64,000 nucleotides of DNA from Tubiluchus corallicola. Its lineage: Eukaryota; Animalia; Priapulida. Made by a program: the position numbers and the translations under genes. Numbering within the stretch: the stretch's first letter is position 1; each line of letters begins with the position of its first letter. The notes under the pieces are model-generated. The model saw only the letters and a list, made by a program, of their open reading frames with translations, ran no database searches and was not told the DNA's origin. Shown here in pieces: positions 1-13,029 of the stretch. The stretch spans positions 89,365-153,364 of the forward strand of contig JAQGDQ010000528.1 of NCBI GenBank assembly GCA_030141605.1, written 5' to 3'.

Positions 1-3000
1 AGCAATTTTACGGCAATGCACAAATTCGAAAATCACCAAAAAAAGGTAAGTTATTTACTTCATAAGTTTCTTCTGTTTATAAGTTCTCAAACACCAGTAG
101 GTTCTACACGAGTATGTTAAACAAATGCAAAGCAGGGAGTTTACCTGTTTCACAATGATTGCCTGTATAACCTGTTTTACAAGTACAAGAAAAACCACCG
201 TCTTCGTTTCTACATGTGCCCTCGTTTAGACATGGACTATCTGAACATTCATTGATATCTAAAATGTAATGAAAGTGTAATTATTGTAAATGATTTGATG
301 GATAAGAGTGTTTGCTAGATCAAATAAGTATGCAAGAACGTAATAATTGGGACCTGTTAATAAACAGTAATCATCAATATATTCAAGTTTGTTTGTTTGT
401 CTTGGCTTTCGTATCGCTTTTTAAAACTTAGTAATGTCGGAATATAAACTGCAGATTTTGCAAACTCGAAAGGTGCTTAGATTCAGGTATTTCAGATAAA
501 CCTACTTGAGTTACACAGTAAAGTTAGTACTAGTGACCTTGGAGCATCAACGAATTACAAGCTATATTTCCCGGCACAGGAATAAAAGCCAACTTTTTGT
601 TATGTGTGACCAGAGTGTTGGATCTCAAAAAGACTATAATTATCTTCAAACCTGCTTTGGGAAAAATAGTTTTTTGCTGTTGATCGAGTGATTAATATTT
701 CCTGGATAAAGTGATTTTTTTCTAGAACAGAAGAAAAAACAAAAACTACCACATAATAAAATAACAATGTAGTCAGAAACAACAGTGACAACTGCAGAAA
801 TGAAGTGAGCTGTTCCCTGTTTATGCCTAAATTTATTTTGCAAAAGGTTTTAACATGACAAACTTTTAGCGAAATATTGATAGGCTTCAACTTTGCTAAT
901 ATTTTTCCCCTCTCATTGTTTCTGTCACAAGTGGGCTGCAACATTTTTGACATTGATTTATAACTAGCAATTCTGCAACATAATTATTACTTGATCGATT
1001 TTTTTTGGAAAATTCAATTTAATAGTTAAAAAATAAAGACAGTTTGACCTTCAAAAGGCTAAGAATTGCTATATAGTACTTTTTATCAAAATATCATTAC
1101 AAACAATATAGAAAATTAAGTATCTTTAAGTTTTAGCTGTTTCATTTTAGGCACTAAAAGGTTGATACAAATTTTCAATTAGCATCCTCACACCTCAGAC
1201 ACACCTCACCAAAGATCAGTAAACAACACCGGACACCGGTAACCAAAAAAGCTGTCTGTACTACATATGTCGTTCTCGCTTACTTGCGCCAAATGTGCGA
1301 AACCTAGCAATTTTACGGCAATGCACAAATTCGAAAATCACGAGAAAAAGGTAAGTTATTTACTTCATAAGTTTCTTATGTTTATAAGTTCTCAAACACC
1401 AGTATGTTCTACATGAGTATGTTAAACAAGTGCAAAGCAGGAAGTTTACCTGTTTCACAATGATTGCCTGTATAACCTGTTTTACAAGTACAAGAAAAAC
1501 CACCATCTTCGTTTCTACATGTGCCCTCGTTTAGACATGGACTATCAGAGCATTCATTGATGTCTAAAATGTAATGAAAGTATAAGTAAATGATTTGATG
1601 GATAAGAGTGTTTGCTAGATCAAATAAGTACGCAAGAATGAAATAATTGTGACCTGTTAGTAAACAGTAATCAACAGTTTATTCAAGTTTGTTTGTTTTG
1701 GCTTGGATTTCGCTTTTTAAAACTCAGTAATGTAAGAATATAATTTACAGATTTTGCAAACTCGAAAGGTGCTTAGATTCAGATATATTAGATAAACCTA
1801 CATGAGTGACACAGCAAAGTTAGTACTAGTGACCTTGGAGCATCAACGAATTACAAGCTATATTTCCCGGCACAGGAATAAAAGCCAACATTTTGTTATG
1901 TGTGACCAGAGTGTTGGATCTCAAAAAGACCATAATTATCTTCAAACCTGGGTTGGGAAAAATAGTTTTTTGTTGTTGACCGAGTGATTAATATTTCCTG
2001 GATAAAGTGATTTTTTTCTAGAACAGGAGAAAAAACAAAAACTACCACATAATAAAATAACAATGTAGTCAGAAACAACAGTGACATCTGCAGAAATGAA
2101 GTGAGCTGTTCCCTGTTTACGCCTAAATTTATTTTGCAAAAGGTTTTAACATGACAAACTTTTAGCGAAATATGGATAGGCTACAATATTTTTGACATTG
2201 ATTGATAACTAGCAATTCTGCAACAATATTATTACTTAATCGATTTTTCTCGGAAAATTCAATTTAATAGTTGAAAAAATAAAGACAGTTTGGCCTCCAA
2301 AAGGCCAAGAATTGCTATATAGTACTTTTCATCAAAATATCATAACAAACAATATAGAAAATTAAGTAGCATTAAGTTTTAGCTGTTTTATTTTAGGCAC
2401 TAAAAGGTTGATGCAAATTTTTAATGAACATCGTCACACCTCAGACACACCTCACCAAAGATCAGTGAACAACACCGGACACCGGTAACCAAAAAAGGTG
2501 TCTGTACTACATATGTCGTTTTCGCTTAGTTGTGCCAAATGTGCGAAACTTAGCAATTTTACAGCAATGCACAAATTCGAAAATCACCAGAAAAAGGTAA
2601 GTTATTTACTTCATAAGTTTCTTCTGTTTATAAGTTCTCAAACACCAGCAGGTTCTACACGAGTATGTTAAACAAGTGCAAAGCAGGAAGTTTACCTGTT
2701 TCACAATGATTGCCTGTATAACCTGTTTTACAAGTACAAGAAAAACCACCGTCTTCGTTTCTACATGTGCCCTCGTTTAGACATGGACTATCAGAGCATT
2801 CATTGATATCTAAAATGTAATGAAAGTATAAGTAAATAATTTGATGGATAAGAGTGTATAAGTACGCAAGAACGCAATAATTGTGACCTGCTAGTAAACA
2901 GTAATCATCAGTTTATTCAAGTTTGTTTGTTTGTTTTGGCTTGCATTTCGCTTTTTAAAACTCAGTAATGTAAGAATATAATTTGCAGATTTTGCAAACT

Positions 3001-3060
3001 GGAAAAGTGCTTAGATTCAGATATTTCAGATAAACCTACATGAGTGACACAGTAAACTTG
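1..3060. repeat. Tandem ~1.25-1.3 kb exon+intron cassette repeat
   Basis: Unit start agcaattttac(g/a)gcaatgcac at 1, 1306, 2552; each unit carries one [16 protein letters not shown]... EGF exon; introns highly similar. Confidence 0.95.
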
Positions 3061-6000
3061 GTACTCATAACTGTGGTGACATTAATATTTTTATTCTCGT
3101 GGCTGATTAACATACATTTCAGAATACATCGGGCAATAATGTGTGCATTAAATTTTTGTTTTCCAGTTTAAACAAAAAATACTATGAAATTACTGCAAAA
3201 TCACCTTCAATGACAATGGTTAACATCTACACTGCTGAAAGGCAAATGAGCCTGGTGCAAATTATATTAATTCCACGCGAATGCAAGTTAAAAAATCATA
3301 ATTACAACTACATGTAAAATATAAAGATACGTGGAAAGACACATCACCAGAAATTTTATACAATATTAGTTCGCATAAAACAATAAGTAATATGCAGTTA
3401 GTACACAATGGTTTCACTAAATTTTTGAAGATTATAATCGAAAAAATAATAAAATTGACTATGATGCTATAAAATTTAACCCGTGTTTAAGTTGTTTGTT
3501 TTAGTGTTCAATCATTCTTTAAACCCTCTTATACTGTTTTTCTTTTCTTAAACTGAATTCATGTAGGCTTGGCTTCTTTATGTAATTCTCTACCGACAGG
3601 GCTATTTTACCTTGGCTGTTGGCAGTCTGTTCTTGGTTAAGAAAGTTTTTTTGTTGTTTACCATTTATTTATCATGAGTATTACAGTCCTGAAGTAAGTG
3701 TATTTCTTGTAACACAGCATCACTTTATTATTATTATTATCAGCGTCATATATTTCTATATATTGTAAGGCTTTTTGTTACAAATAAAATGTAATAAAGC
3801 TACTCACACAAGAATTTTCACTCTCGCAAGGTGCATTAAAATGTGTGTTAAAACTGATCACCTGGAGGTATTCTTCTTGTTGCTATTTTTATTTATTTTG
3901 TTGCAACGGGTACAGCAATTTTTTTAAAATATAATTTAAAATAGAGTGTATGTTTAGTATGTTTAGGGAGTGTGAAATTATTATACTTTTTGACTTACAC
4001 AAAAGTTGTACATGTACAATTGTTTTATTGTAGTTTGCTTGTCTGGTGGTGAAATAAACTGTGTTTGAATTTGAATATAAGTTAGTATAAAATAACGTAA
4101 AACACAATACAAAGTTAGTACACAATAGTTTAAATAAATTTTATGGAGAGTATAATTGAAATGAAGAACAAAATTCACTATGCTACAGTGAATTTTATCG
4201 TCTGCTGGCATCCTTCCATTTGTAACTCAGTCACACAAAAATAAAATAGATTTTATTGAAATCTTTGTAGAAATAGTTTGTCTCAGTACCAATGTGTTAC
4301 AATAAAAGAAAAGTGGAGTAAGTAGTGACAAAGATGACGTTGGCATGTTGAAAGTTATTGTGTAACCATGTTTATTGTGAAAGTTAACATTTTTGCAACA
4401 TCTTTAACAAGAAATCAGCTAGAGTTTATGATTTTTGACCGAATCTATGTACAGTGTTGATTCTTTAAGTTATAGTGCTACACCAATATTATGGTAAAAC
4501 AATATTATGATGTTTATGTTTTTGTTATTATAAAACATAATTATGATGTTTACAAGAAAAAAAGTTATTAACCACATAATAATAACATAAGTGTTTCAAT
4601 GAATAATAACGATGAAATACTTGCAAGTGCAGCTGGTAACACTGAAAAATTGCCACAAAATGATCAATATATCAGGAATTTATATCTTCGAATTGTTAAG
4701 AAGCAACGTCTAAAATGTTATATCAAAATGATGATTATCGAAATAACAACTCTATTGTTTAAGATATTTTAAAAGTTAAAACATATTTTAATTTTCCTAG
4801 TCGCACTATTGAAAACCTCACAAACATCACAATTTACAAAATATTCACTTATATTCATTTATACAATTTCACTTCCAGTACGACGTTCATGAAAAATGAA
4901 TGCAATATGTGACATTTACTTGCCTGTTTCGCATTGCCTGCCTGTATATCCTGACTCACAAGTGCATGAAAAACTGTCAGTTCTTCTTGTGCATGTGCCT
5001 CCATTTTGACAGGGATCAGGATAGCATGGATTTAATTCTAAAGGTTAGTAAAATACATTGTTTAATTTAATTTGTAATTTTTTATTTGCACATTTGACAA
5101 CATTTTGACAGAAATTTAATACAATATTAGTTCGCATAAAATAACAAAAACTACAATACACAGTTAGTACTCAACGGTTTACATAAATTTATGGAGATTA
5201 TAATTGAAATAAAGAATAAATTTGACTATTATACAATAAAATTTAAGATGTGTGTCAAGGATTTTAGGTTGGTTGTTTTATTGTTCATTCATTTTAAACC
5301 CCCTTACACTGCCTTTCTTTTTTTTAAACTGTATTCATGTTGGTTTGACTTGTCATGTCATGTTCTACTGACAGCGCCAGTTTACCTGTTGGCAGTCCGT
5401 TCTTGGCTAAGAAAGCTGTTGTTGTCTACTCCTTTAAGCCAATTATTTGTCAAGAGTAGTACAGCCATTATGCAAGTTTATTTCTTGTTGCTCAGCGTCA
5501 CTTTACTATTATTATCAGTGTCACGTTATTTTCTATCGTATTAGTTACCGAAATTTTTGAAATGTTTTTCCATTTTTTGTTGTTTTTGTTAACAATTGTC
5601 TTGTAAAAACGCGAAATTGTTCAATTATTTTCAGAGTGGCTGTATTCATTTTTTTTAATATTTCAAATGCTATAAATAAAATATGTGTTAAGTGTAACAA
5701 GTAGTATAAATAGAAAAATGCATTTTAAGTTTTCAGCAAATCAGGAACTAACAAACTAATGAAAATTAAATAAACATTTTAGCACAGTTTGAACGAACAG
5801 CCTCTTCTGGGAGTGCATTGTACAACGATATTGTATGTACAAAAATACTTTATCTTACAACTTTACAGCAACGTGGCAGGAACAATTTGTATGAGCGGCC
5901 CAGAATGGAGTTGCTGCTAAAGTGAAACAACTACTAAATCAGTTAACATCGATCAAGTTTGAATCAGTTCCCACAGTTTTATAAAGCATAGTTCAAACAT

Positions 6001-9000
6001 CTTAGTTCTAAAGTTTAAGTTTTGAAGTTACAAACCTACGATTGTACAGGTACCATGTCCTAGATGACTGACCGAGCAAGGGGCAAGTGAATTCTCTCTG
6101 TACTTTTTCTAGTCTGTCATTTGAACTCATATAGGCCTGAGTGCATTTGATAATAATGAAAGGGTTCCAAACGGTGGAACAGTATTTAAAAATCTGGCGA
6201 ACATAAACACACTATGCTATAGTTAAAGTATCAACGTCACGAAGAACAAAACTCTCAAATGGAACTTCTTCCTTTTCACTCTTTCTGTTTCTGTTTCTTT
6301 TTCTATTTCCCTTTCCTTTTTTCTATTTCTTTCTCTTTTCCTTTTTTCTCCTTTACTTTCTCGTCCCTTTCTTGTTCTGTTTCACTTTTACTTTCGCTTG
6401 TCCTTTCTCTTTCTATTTCACTTTTTCTTTTCTTTTTCCTACAATGTTGTTATTTTTTTCACAAAAGGTAGCAAAAAGATGAAACTTGTTACTCACCGTT
6501 CTCACAAAAAGTACCTGTAAAACCAGATTTACAAGTGCAGTTAAAGTAACTGGGCCCATCATTGCAGGTGGCATCGTTTTGGCAAGGTTGAGAAAAACAC
6601 TCGTTGTAATCTAGGAGTTTACAATAAAACAATTACAGTTTAAATTTAGTTTTAGCCAATGCAATTTTGCAACATTTATTAGTGAACAATCTTTTGTTAG
6701 TAATCCTCTCTCATGTGTAAAAAGTGGAGGAAAACATGATTTTTTACGTCGTATGTTTATTAAGAAGTATGTAGTAAATGATTGTTTTAGTTATTTTAAC
6801 CATAATCAATGTAAAAATATGGTCAAATATGCAATTTGTAAAGTTATCATAACAGAATATCAACATAGGGCCTTAAAACACTCAAAATACCAAAGTTAGT
6901 AATGAATAAATTTATAAGACTGGCAAATACTCAGCCAATTTCTAGCTTTTAAATAAAGTGCCAAACCTTATCCTGGATAATATTAATTTTACATCTGACC
7001 CAATATTCGGTCTTTGATTTGCTTACCTCAAATTTTAGGTTTACAAGTACTTAATGTCATTAATACGCTAACACAAATGACAAAAATATAGAGATTTCTC
7101 ATAAAGTTACTATATCAAGACCTGCATTTCAGTTTCAACAATGCTAATGTTTGTTTAACAGGCAAAGTTCAAGGTTACATTTAAGCTAGTTTACGCCTTA
7201 TACTAACCCGACAAACCGAACCAGAAAAGTATACTGCATTAAAGCTCCAAAACTCATAATTACCATACCGTATCCACAAGTAGGTCCAAGAAAACCCAAT
7301 CGACAGGTACAAGTATAATAACCAACTTCATCATTGCATGTGCCTCCATTTTGACAAGGATTTGAATCACATTCTTCCCAATCTAGAATTCATTCGAAGA
7401 ATAAGAATTTATTATCATAATAGTACATTGTTATTGATGCACTGTAACATATTTTTACATACTTACTTTTTTACATTTCTTTTCACATATTAGTCAGAAC
7501 CATACCAGTTGTGTCTTTCTAATTCACATATTATGTACCTTATAGTATGTCCTTATAATGAATGTCGTTATTCAAAATATGCCTCGTTCTCTTTGCATTG
7601 TCGTGCTATTGACTAGTCCAAAATAAAAAAATGAATAATTTTGAATAAAACGGTCTTCCTGCTCAGTGTTTTTAGTCAGGAAAGTTTGATATTCTGTAAG
7701 ACATACTTCAAAGATGTGCGTGCTATTTACCACCACTATTTTCTAGTTTATGCTTTATGGTAAAGCTTAGAATGCTTTTGGACTGTTTTGATGTTACAGA
7801 ATGAAACTAGTGGCATTTCACAGTTTAATATTTTCAAAAGCTAGTGTAATAAGATAATGCTCATTTGAAGCTTTGCAAAAGACAGCATTAATGCTCTGAA
7901 TATGTTTAGGTGAAAAAATTATATATTGGTCATATTTTATACATGAGAAGCTGACCTTTGAAAAAGCATTATTACCAGAGAAATTTTCAAAGTTCATATT
8001 TTCTTCTCCTGTGTTCAGTTTGCACTTATTTTTTTGTAAATATCCAAGTTTTGGTTCGATTCTTAAACTTCCTTATTGGCTTAGCATATATGCATTATAA
8101 TATTATGCTATTTTTAATACAGAAATAAAGCATAGTTTAAGAGCAATAGGACATTTGTCATTTTGAAAAATTTACATTGGACTTGTGCTGCTAGTAACCA
8201 TCCCAGAGAGATGTTCTGTTGCTAGAAAAACTACCTGTTTTACACACAAAGGATTCCCAAATTATGTTAATTAAGAGTAAGAAGCTGAACGGGCGATGAC
8301 GTAGAGACATATGATATTTTTATGTGTGCCAATAAAACGTGATTGAACGTGAAATCCAAATTGACTGATTTATTATCCCTTTTGGCTAATTGGGGAGTTT
8401 GTTAGAAATTTCCAACTTACATACACATCACCTTAAAAGATAGCAAATACATTTTCTGTCTCGTGACACAATTTTGAGGAAAGGCAGAATTTGTTAGAAA
8501 AATATTACATAGAAATATTAGATTATCAAAATTTACCAACTGTGAGATCAGCAACGTGTCTTGTCAGCCATCCTGGAATATCTTTGTCACTCTCAAAAAG
8601 CCAGTAACCTCCTACATCATCTTTCTCTACCATTTTTATAAGGGAAGTGATATTGTAGCAGGTACGGAGTCCACGCTGAGTGATATCTAATCTTCCCATT
8701 ACGTGGGTCTCTCCAGGAACACCTGCTGTCTTGACATAATCACAGTGTGCACTTTTCACTTTATCAGCAAATAGACATTTATATGATTCTTCTGCATATG
8801 CATGTGATACTCGCCACCAGTAGAACTTTCGTTCTTTCCAACTTTCGGTACTCTGCTCAGATTTACAAAAGTCAAGCGACATTACAACTTTTTCACCGAG
8901 CCATCCAACAAACTGTTTAGTTTCTTCTGCAATATAAAGTATTCATTCTATAATAAGCGTTTTCATAGTTCAGTGATCGATGATGATCCTGAAAAGGTCA

Positions 9001-12000
9001 AATTTAAGTGCACCAGGCAACTATTTGTGTACAATTGACAACACCTCGCTGTTCCTGCTGTTGTAATGCTAGCGGTTTTAAAAGCTAGCTAGAACCTTAC
9101 CTAGTTCATTTTTTTTCTTGTTCCTAATCTAGATCCTGTTACGCACAGACTAATGCATAATTATATAAATTCCGCGAAAAACAACTGAAGCTGAGTTTAC
9201 ACATGTCACGTGACGGTTGTAAGTAAGAAGCGTTACTGTGGTACGCGTAAGCTTTGACGTAGAGCAACTGTATGAACGCACAGCAAAATTGTGAACCCTT
9301 CTTGGATGTGTGGTCGTGCTTACAAGTAGTGCTACTACTGGCAGTAAGAGATTATCAGCAGGCCAATCCAGCTGTCCAGGATGTCTGTAGATTTAGAATA
9401 TGCAAGAAAGTAAAAATAAAGAACTCGTAGCATAAAGAAAATTTTCCCAAAGCGACGTAAAGTGTGACTGAAAAATCGTGTTTACGCTTGTGAAAAAAGT
9501 TTCTGTATTTCAAACACGATGAGTAATGGGAAAGCAAGGAGAGGTTTATGAAAAGCTTCGTCATTTAACACTAGAAGGACCATCAAATTAATTGAGTCTA
9601 TAGGAAATAGAAGCAATTTATGTGGTCTTTCTAGGAAGCAGCCTCTTTTAAACAAGATTAAAGTAACATTTCAGTGCTGAAATTCTGTGCAATGGTAATT
9701 AGAACAAAACAAGGAAAAGTAATAAAAATAGAAAAATATAAATAACAAATGTACAAACAACATTGTCAAAACCCTAACTTTCAACAAACAACATCAACAG
9801 TAGAAACAGCATTAGCCATTGAGAGCTACTCAACGCTCTTAGTGTTGGCTGACGTATACAAAGTGGGCAGAGAAAGCAGAATTTACCCATTCCAAGTGTT
9901 GACTAGGTTCAGGTATGTTACCGTATTTTGTGTTTTAAACTTCAGATGAGCAGGCAGCCAAGGCTGATAATTTAGAACTGACTGAAAAGTTTGATATTAA
10001 TTTCAGATTAGATTGTTAGTTTTAATGAATGTATATTGTCACTTGTATATCTGATGAAAAAATGGATTTTAGCAGGTGACACATTACCTGTCAGACGAAT
10101 TATGCACTTGCAGATCAAAACATTACAATAAATTACATGTTTAACAAGGAAGGTTTGCCCATGAAGCATTTCTAAAACCTATTTTTTTCTTGTATTTTTC
10201 TAAGACAAAAATTTCACAGTATTTTAGCAAAAGTCTTTCATCGACATTTTTTGCTATATTTTATGTTTAAAAATTTTTACCTGTATTTACACAGTCAACA
10301 GAAAATTCGGACAGTTCGGCAGAGTGCTTAGCTCTAGGCCAACTACACCCCACTACGTCTGAATTCTTATCACGTCCTGCTTTCGTCCATTTCAGGCTAC
10401 AGTCACAGACCATTCGATTCCCTAAAAAATAATCACATAATCATCTAAATGTTATAAACAAAATTTCTACACTTGATCTGAAGTCATGCTGTAACCAAAA
10501 ATGTATAATATTGTTACGAAGGCAGATTATGACCAACCCCCTAATGTTAGTAATGGGTATGGTTGAGAAGCCCAGTAATGCAAATGTACCTATATAAAAC
10601 AGATTGCATGCCGTAATTTGACTATTCCAACCTGGCCTTTCTGTCTGTAAGGGTGAATGCTATAGGTTTGCTGATTTTTATACAAAAGTCTGTTCACATG
10701 TCATGGAGCTACTGGTTGTGCATTAAAGTTTATTTTGCATTCGTATTCTTTTTACTTTTCTCGTCTGCTGTAAAGTATTTCACAACTTGTATGCCGCTCG
10801 ATACATTCTGAGGAGACGGATCGGCGCAAAGGAACCCGAATCCTGTATCCCTCATCTGACACCAGTGTAACGGATTCGGGTTCCTTTGCGGATCCGTCTC
10901 AGGATGTATAGAGTGGCATACAAGTTATGAAATACTTTACAGCAGACGAGAAAAGTAAAAAGAATACGAATGTAAAATAAACTTTAATGCACAACCAGTA
11001 GCTCCATGGCATGTGAACAGACTTTGGTATAAAAATCAGCAATCATACAGCATTCACCCTTACAGACAGAAAGGCCATGTTGGAATCATAAAATTACGGG
11101 ATGCATTCTGTTTTATACAGGTACATTTGCATTACTGGGCTTCTTCAACTATACCCATTACTAACATTAGGGGGTTAGTCAAAATCTGCCTTCGTAACAC
11201 TATGATTTTTTCAGTTAAAGGAATGGCCTAATCACACCATTATCTCAATCTTAAAAATATCAAAATTACTATTTAATCATTCCGCTATTTGACAGACCAT
11301 CATAAGTTCTCATTACCTGAACACAATAAGCCTTTTCACAGTTTCAACCCTTGTGCGCACGGGTAATTGCTGTAGGTCAAAGGTTAGATGTACCGCAGCA
11401 ACGTGTCTTAACTACAACTGTCACACGACATGTGGGCAAAGCAAAGCTATCAGCAGCTTCAGTTCAGTTCAGTTCAGTTCAGTTCAGTTGTTTTACGTGG
11501 AGTTTACTTAATAATGCATTAGTCTGTACGTGGAATGATTTACTGGAGGGATCTTGCTTGGAAGCAAGAAAAATGAAGCTGTTCAAACTGCTACTTTTAA
11601 AATGCATGGGTTGTCAAGTGTTGTCAAATGTAAGCAAATGCGTTTTCTGGTGCACACTTAACCTCCGAGCTATTCACGATCATCATCGATTGCTGGAACT
11701 GTGAAAAGGCTTCCTTCATTTGAATGGCAAGCTTTTACTTAGAACCCTTGCCAGTGTCTGAAACGCATGCAACAATTATCTAAAATGATTTATTTAACAA
11801 ACAAAATTGAATCTACCAGCTAGATTAATTTTCACAGCATTACGATTGTCGTTGAAGAAATCAGGCTGCTGGAGGATCTTTATTCTGCTATGAGTTATAC
11901 TAAGATCAGTGAATTGTGATTGATCTGATAAGTCCAACTCAAGTGCTGTCAAATTCTGATTTCTAGTTATAAGAAGTTCACGAAGAGATGTCAGTTTACA

Positions 12001-12441
12001 AAAAGCTCTTTTATGTATACTTTGAAGCCAGAAATTAAAACTGATTGTCACGAATTCCACGCCACCATATATAGAATTTTCTCCTAGATGTCTCAATTCT
12101 GTTAAACTTATAGTGAGCTTTGAAGGCGATAGGTCTTGCAAAAATTTCTCTGGTAATTTTTTGTTTCTGTAATAAGTAATGGAAAGATGTGCTATTAACC
12201 CTGCAGAATTTTTCATTTGTGAAATCCAATCACTTAGCTCTTGTTTAGCTGCGTACAGACAGTAAACGTCACATTTTGTATTTACAAACTGTAAATCCCC
12301 TGGTTTTGTGTATGTACACCTTAAGGCTCTGTCCGCTTGCGGTATAACATCATATCCGCAGAATTTGGCATTCCATGGTACTTGCGATGCACACCTAGTA
12401 AGTATACATAAAACGCATACACAAATCAAAGCAAACTTCAT
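145..12441 (-). CDS. Gene C (3' part outside window): LRR-LRRCT-Ig-like-EGFx>=6
   Basis: Exons 11817-12441 ([25 protein letters not shown]; an upstream in-frame ATG exists at 12501), 10281-10421 (LRRCT), 8537-8926 (Ig-like), EGF 7269-7382, 6497-6610, 4924-5037 (GC donor), 2696-2809, 1450-1563, 145-258; all phase 1. Confidence 0.88.
3345..5545. repeat. Older local duplication of intronic sequence (approx. 3345-3760, 4085-4185 partial, 5108-5545)
   Basis: Shared text agaaattt(t/a)atacaatattagttcgcataaaa...ttggcagtc...cactttattattattat in both main copies. Confidence 0.75.
5800..6258 (-). mobile_element. CR1-group LINE 3' fragment
   Basis: Minus strand reads [15 protein letters not shown] and [11 protein letters not shown], a decayed version of the post-RT region of CR1-group ORF2. 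Confidence 0.6.
8537..8926 (-). CDS. Gene C exon 3: atypical Ig-like domain
   Basis: ORF 8526-8882 extended to cag acceptor at 8927; [17 protein letters not shown]. Confidence 0.8.
8955..9300 (-). mobile_element. Copy of the 11328-11712 MITE family
   Basis: aagcgttttcatagttc terminus; internal acatgtcacgtgac and cagactaatgcat are reverse complements of the other copies. Confidence 0.65.
10281..10421 (-). CDS. Gene C exon 2: LRR C-terminal cap
   Basis: [47 protein letters not shown]. Confidence 0.9.
10512..11199. mobile_element. Inverted pair of LTR-like sequences (foldback) with tRNA-Leu PBS in the loop
   Basis: Arms 10512-10843 and 10866-11199 are reverse complements; TGT...ACA termini; TATATAAAA 10591, ATTAAA 10722; minus-strand TGGTGTCAGATGAGGGAT at 10864-10847. 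Confidence 0.85.
11328..11712 (+). mobile_element. MITE with TIR AAGCCTTTTCACAGTT (PIF/Harbinger-like ends)
   Basis: aagccttttcacagtt...aactgtgaaaaggctt; related copies at ~8955-9300 (inverted) and ~41010-41347. Confidence 0.7.
11817..12441 (-). CDS. Gene C exon 1: signal peptide, Cys-rich cap and LRR stack
   Basis: ORF 11794-12522; closely similar to gene A exon 1 ([33 protein letters not shown]). Confidence 0.9.
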
Positions 12442-13029
12442 GTCTTGAGGAAAACGAACGTCTAAACGTAGTGCAACGTAAAGTAATAGCAACAATTGCA
12501 TGTATGTGAAACGTTCTACCAATTAACTACAATTGAGGCAATGATTACGTCACGATTTAGAACTTGCAATGAAATGGAATTATATCTCGTAATAATGATT
12601 GCGTATATTTTGCCAAACTACTCGCCAAGATGCTTATAAGGCTAATTAAATAGAATTTAAAACAAGTTCCATACTGCAGGCATAAGCAAAGATAAGACTC
12701 TGTAGTGACAAAAATCACCAAAAAAAAAGAACGATTATTTGAAAATTTGAGGGTTATGAACTATTTCCACTCAACCGTTCGATTCTTAAATCTAAGCTCT
12801 TTTACTGCAGCATGTGGGTAGGTTTGTATGTATTCACAAATCAATTGAATTTACTGTTACAAATAAAAACAGTATTTATTGTGAGAAAATGAGACACAGC
12901 CTCATTATAGTAAAATTACTTGTAACTGTTAGTAAAACTCAGGTTTTGTACATATTCATTGTGAGAAAAATGCCAAATAACAAAGCTTCAATAATTTTTA
13001 GTCTAATTTACTGACACCTAAATCATTTA

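Noticed and set aside
506-2139. Repeated short ORFs (MSYTVKLV..., MQNKFR...)
   Set aside because: They recur only because the intron is part of the tandem cassette; not preserved in length between copies.
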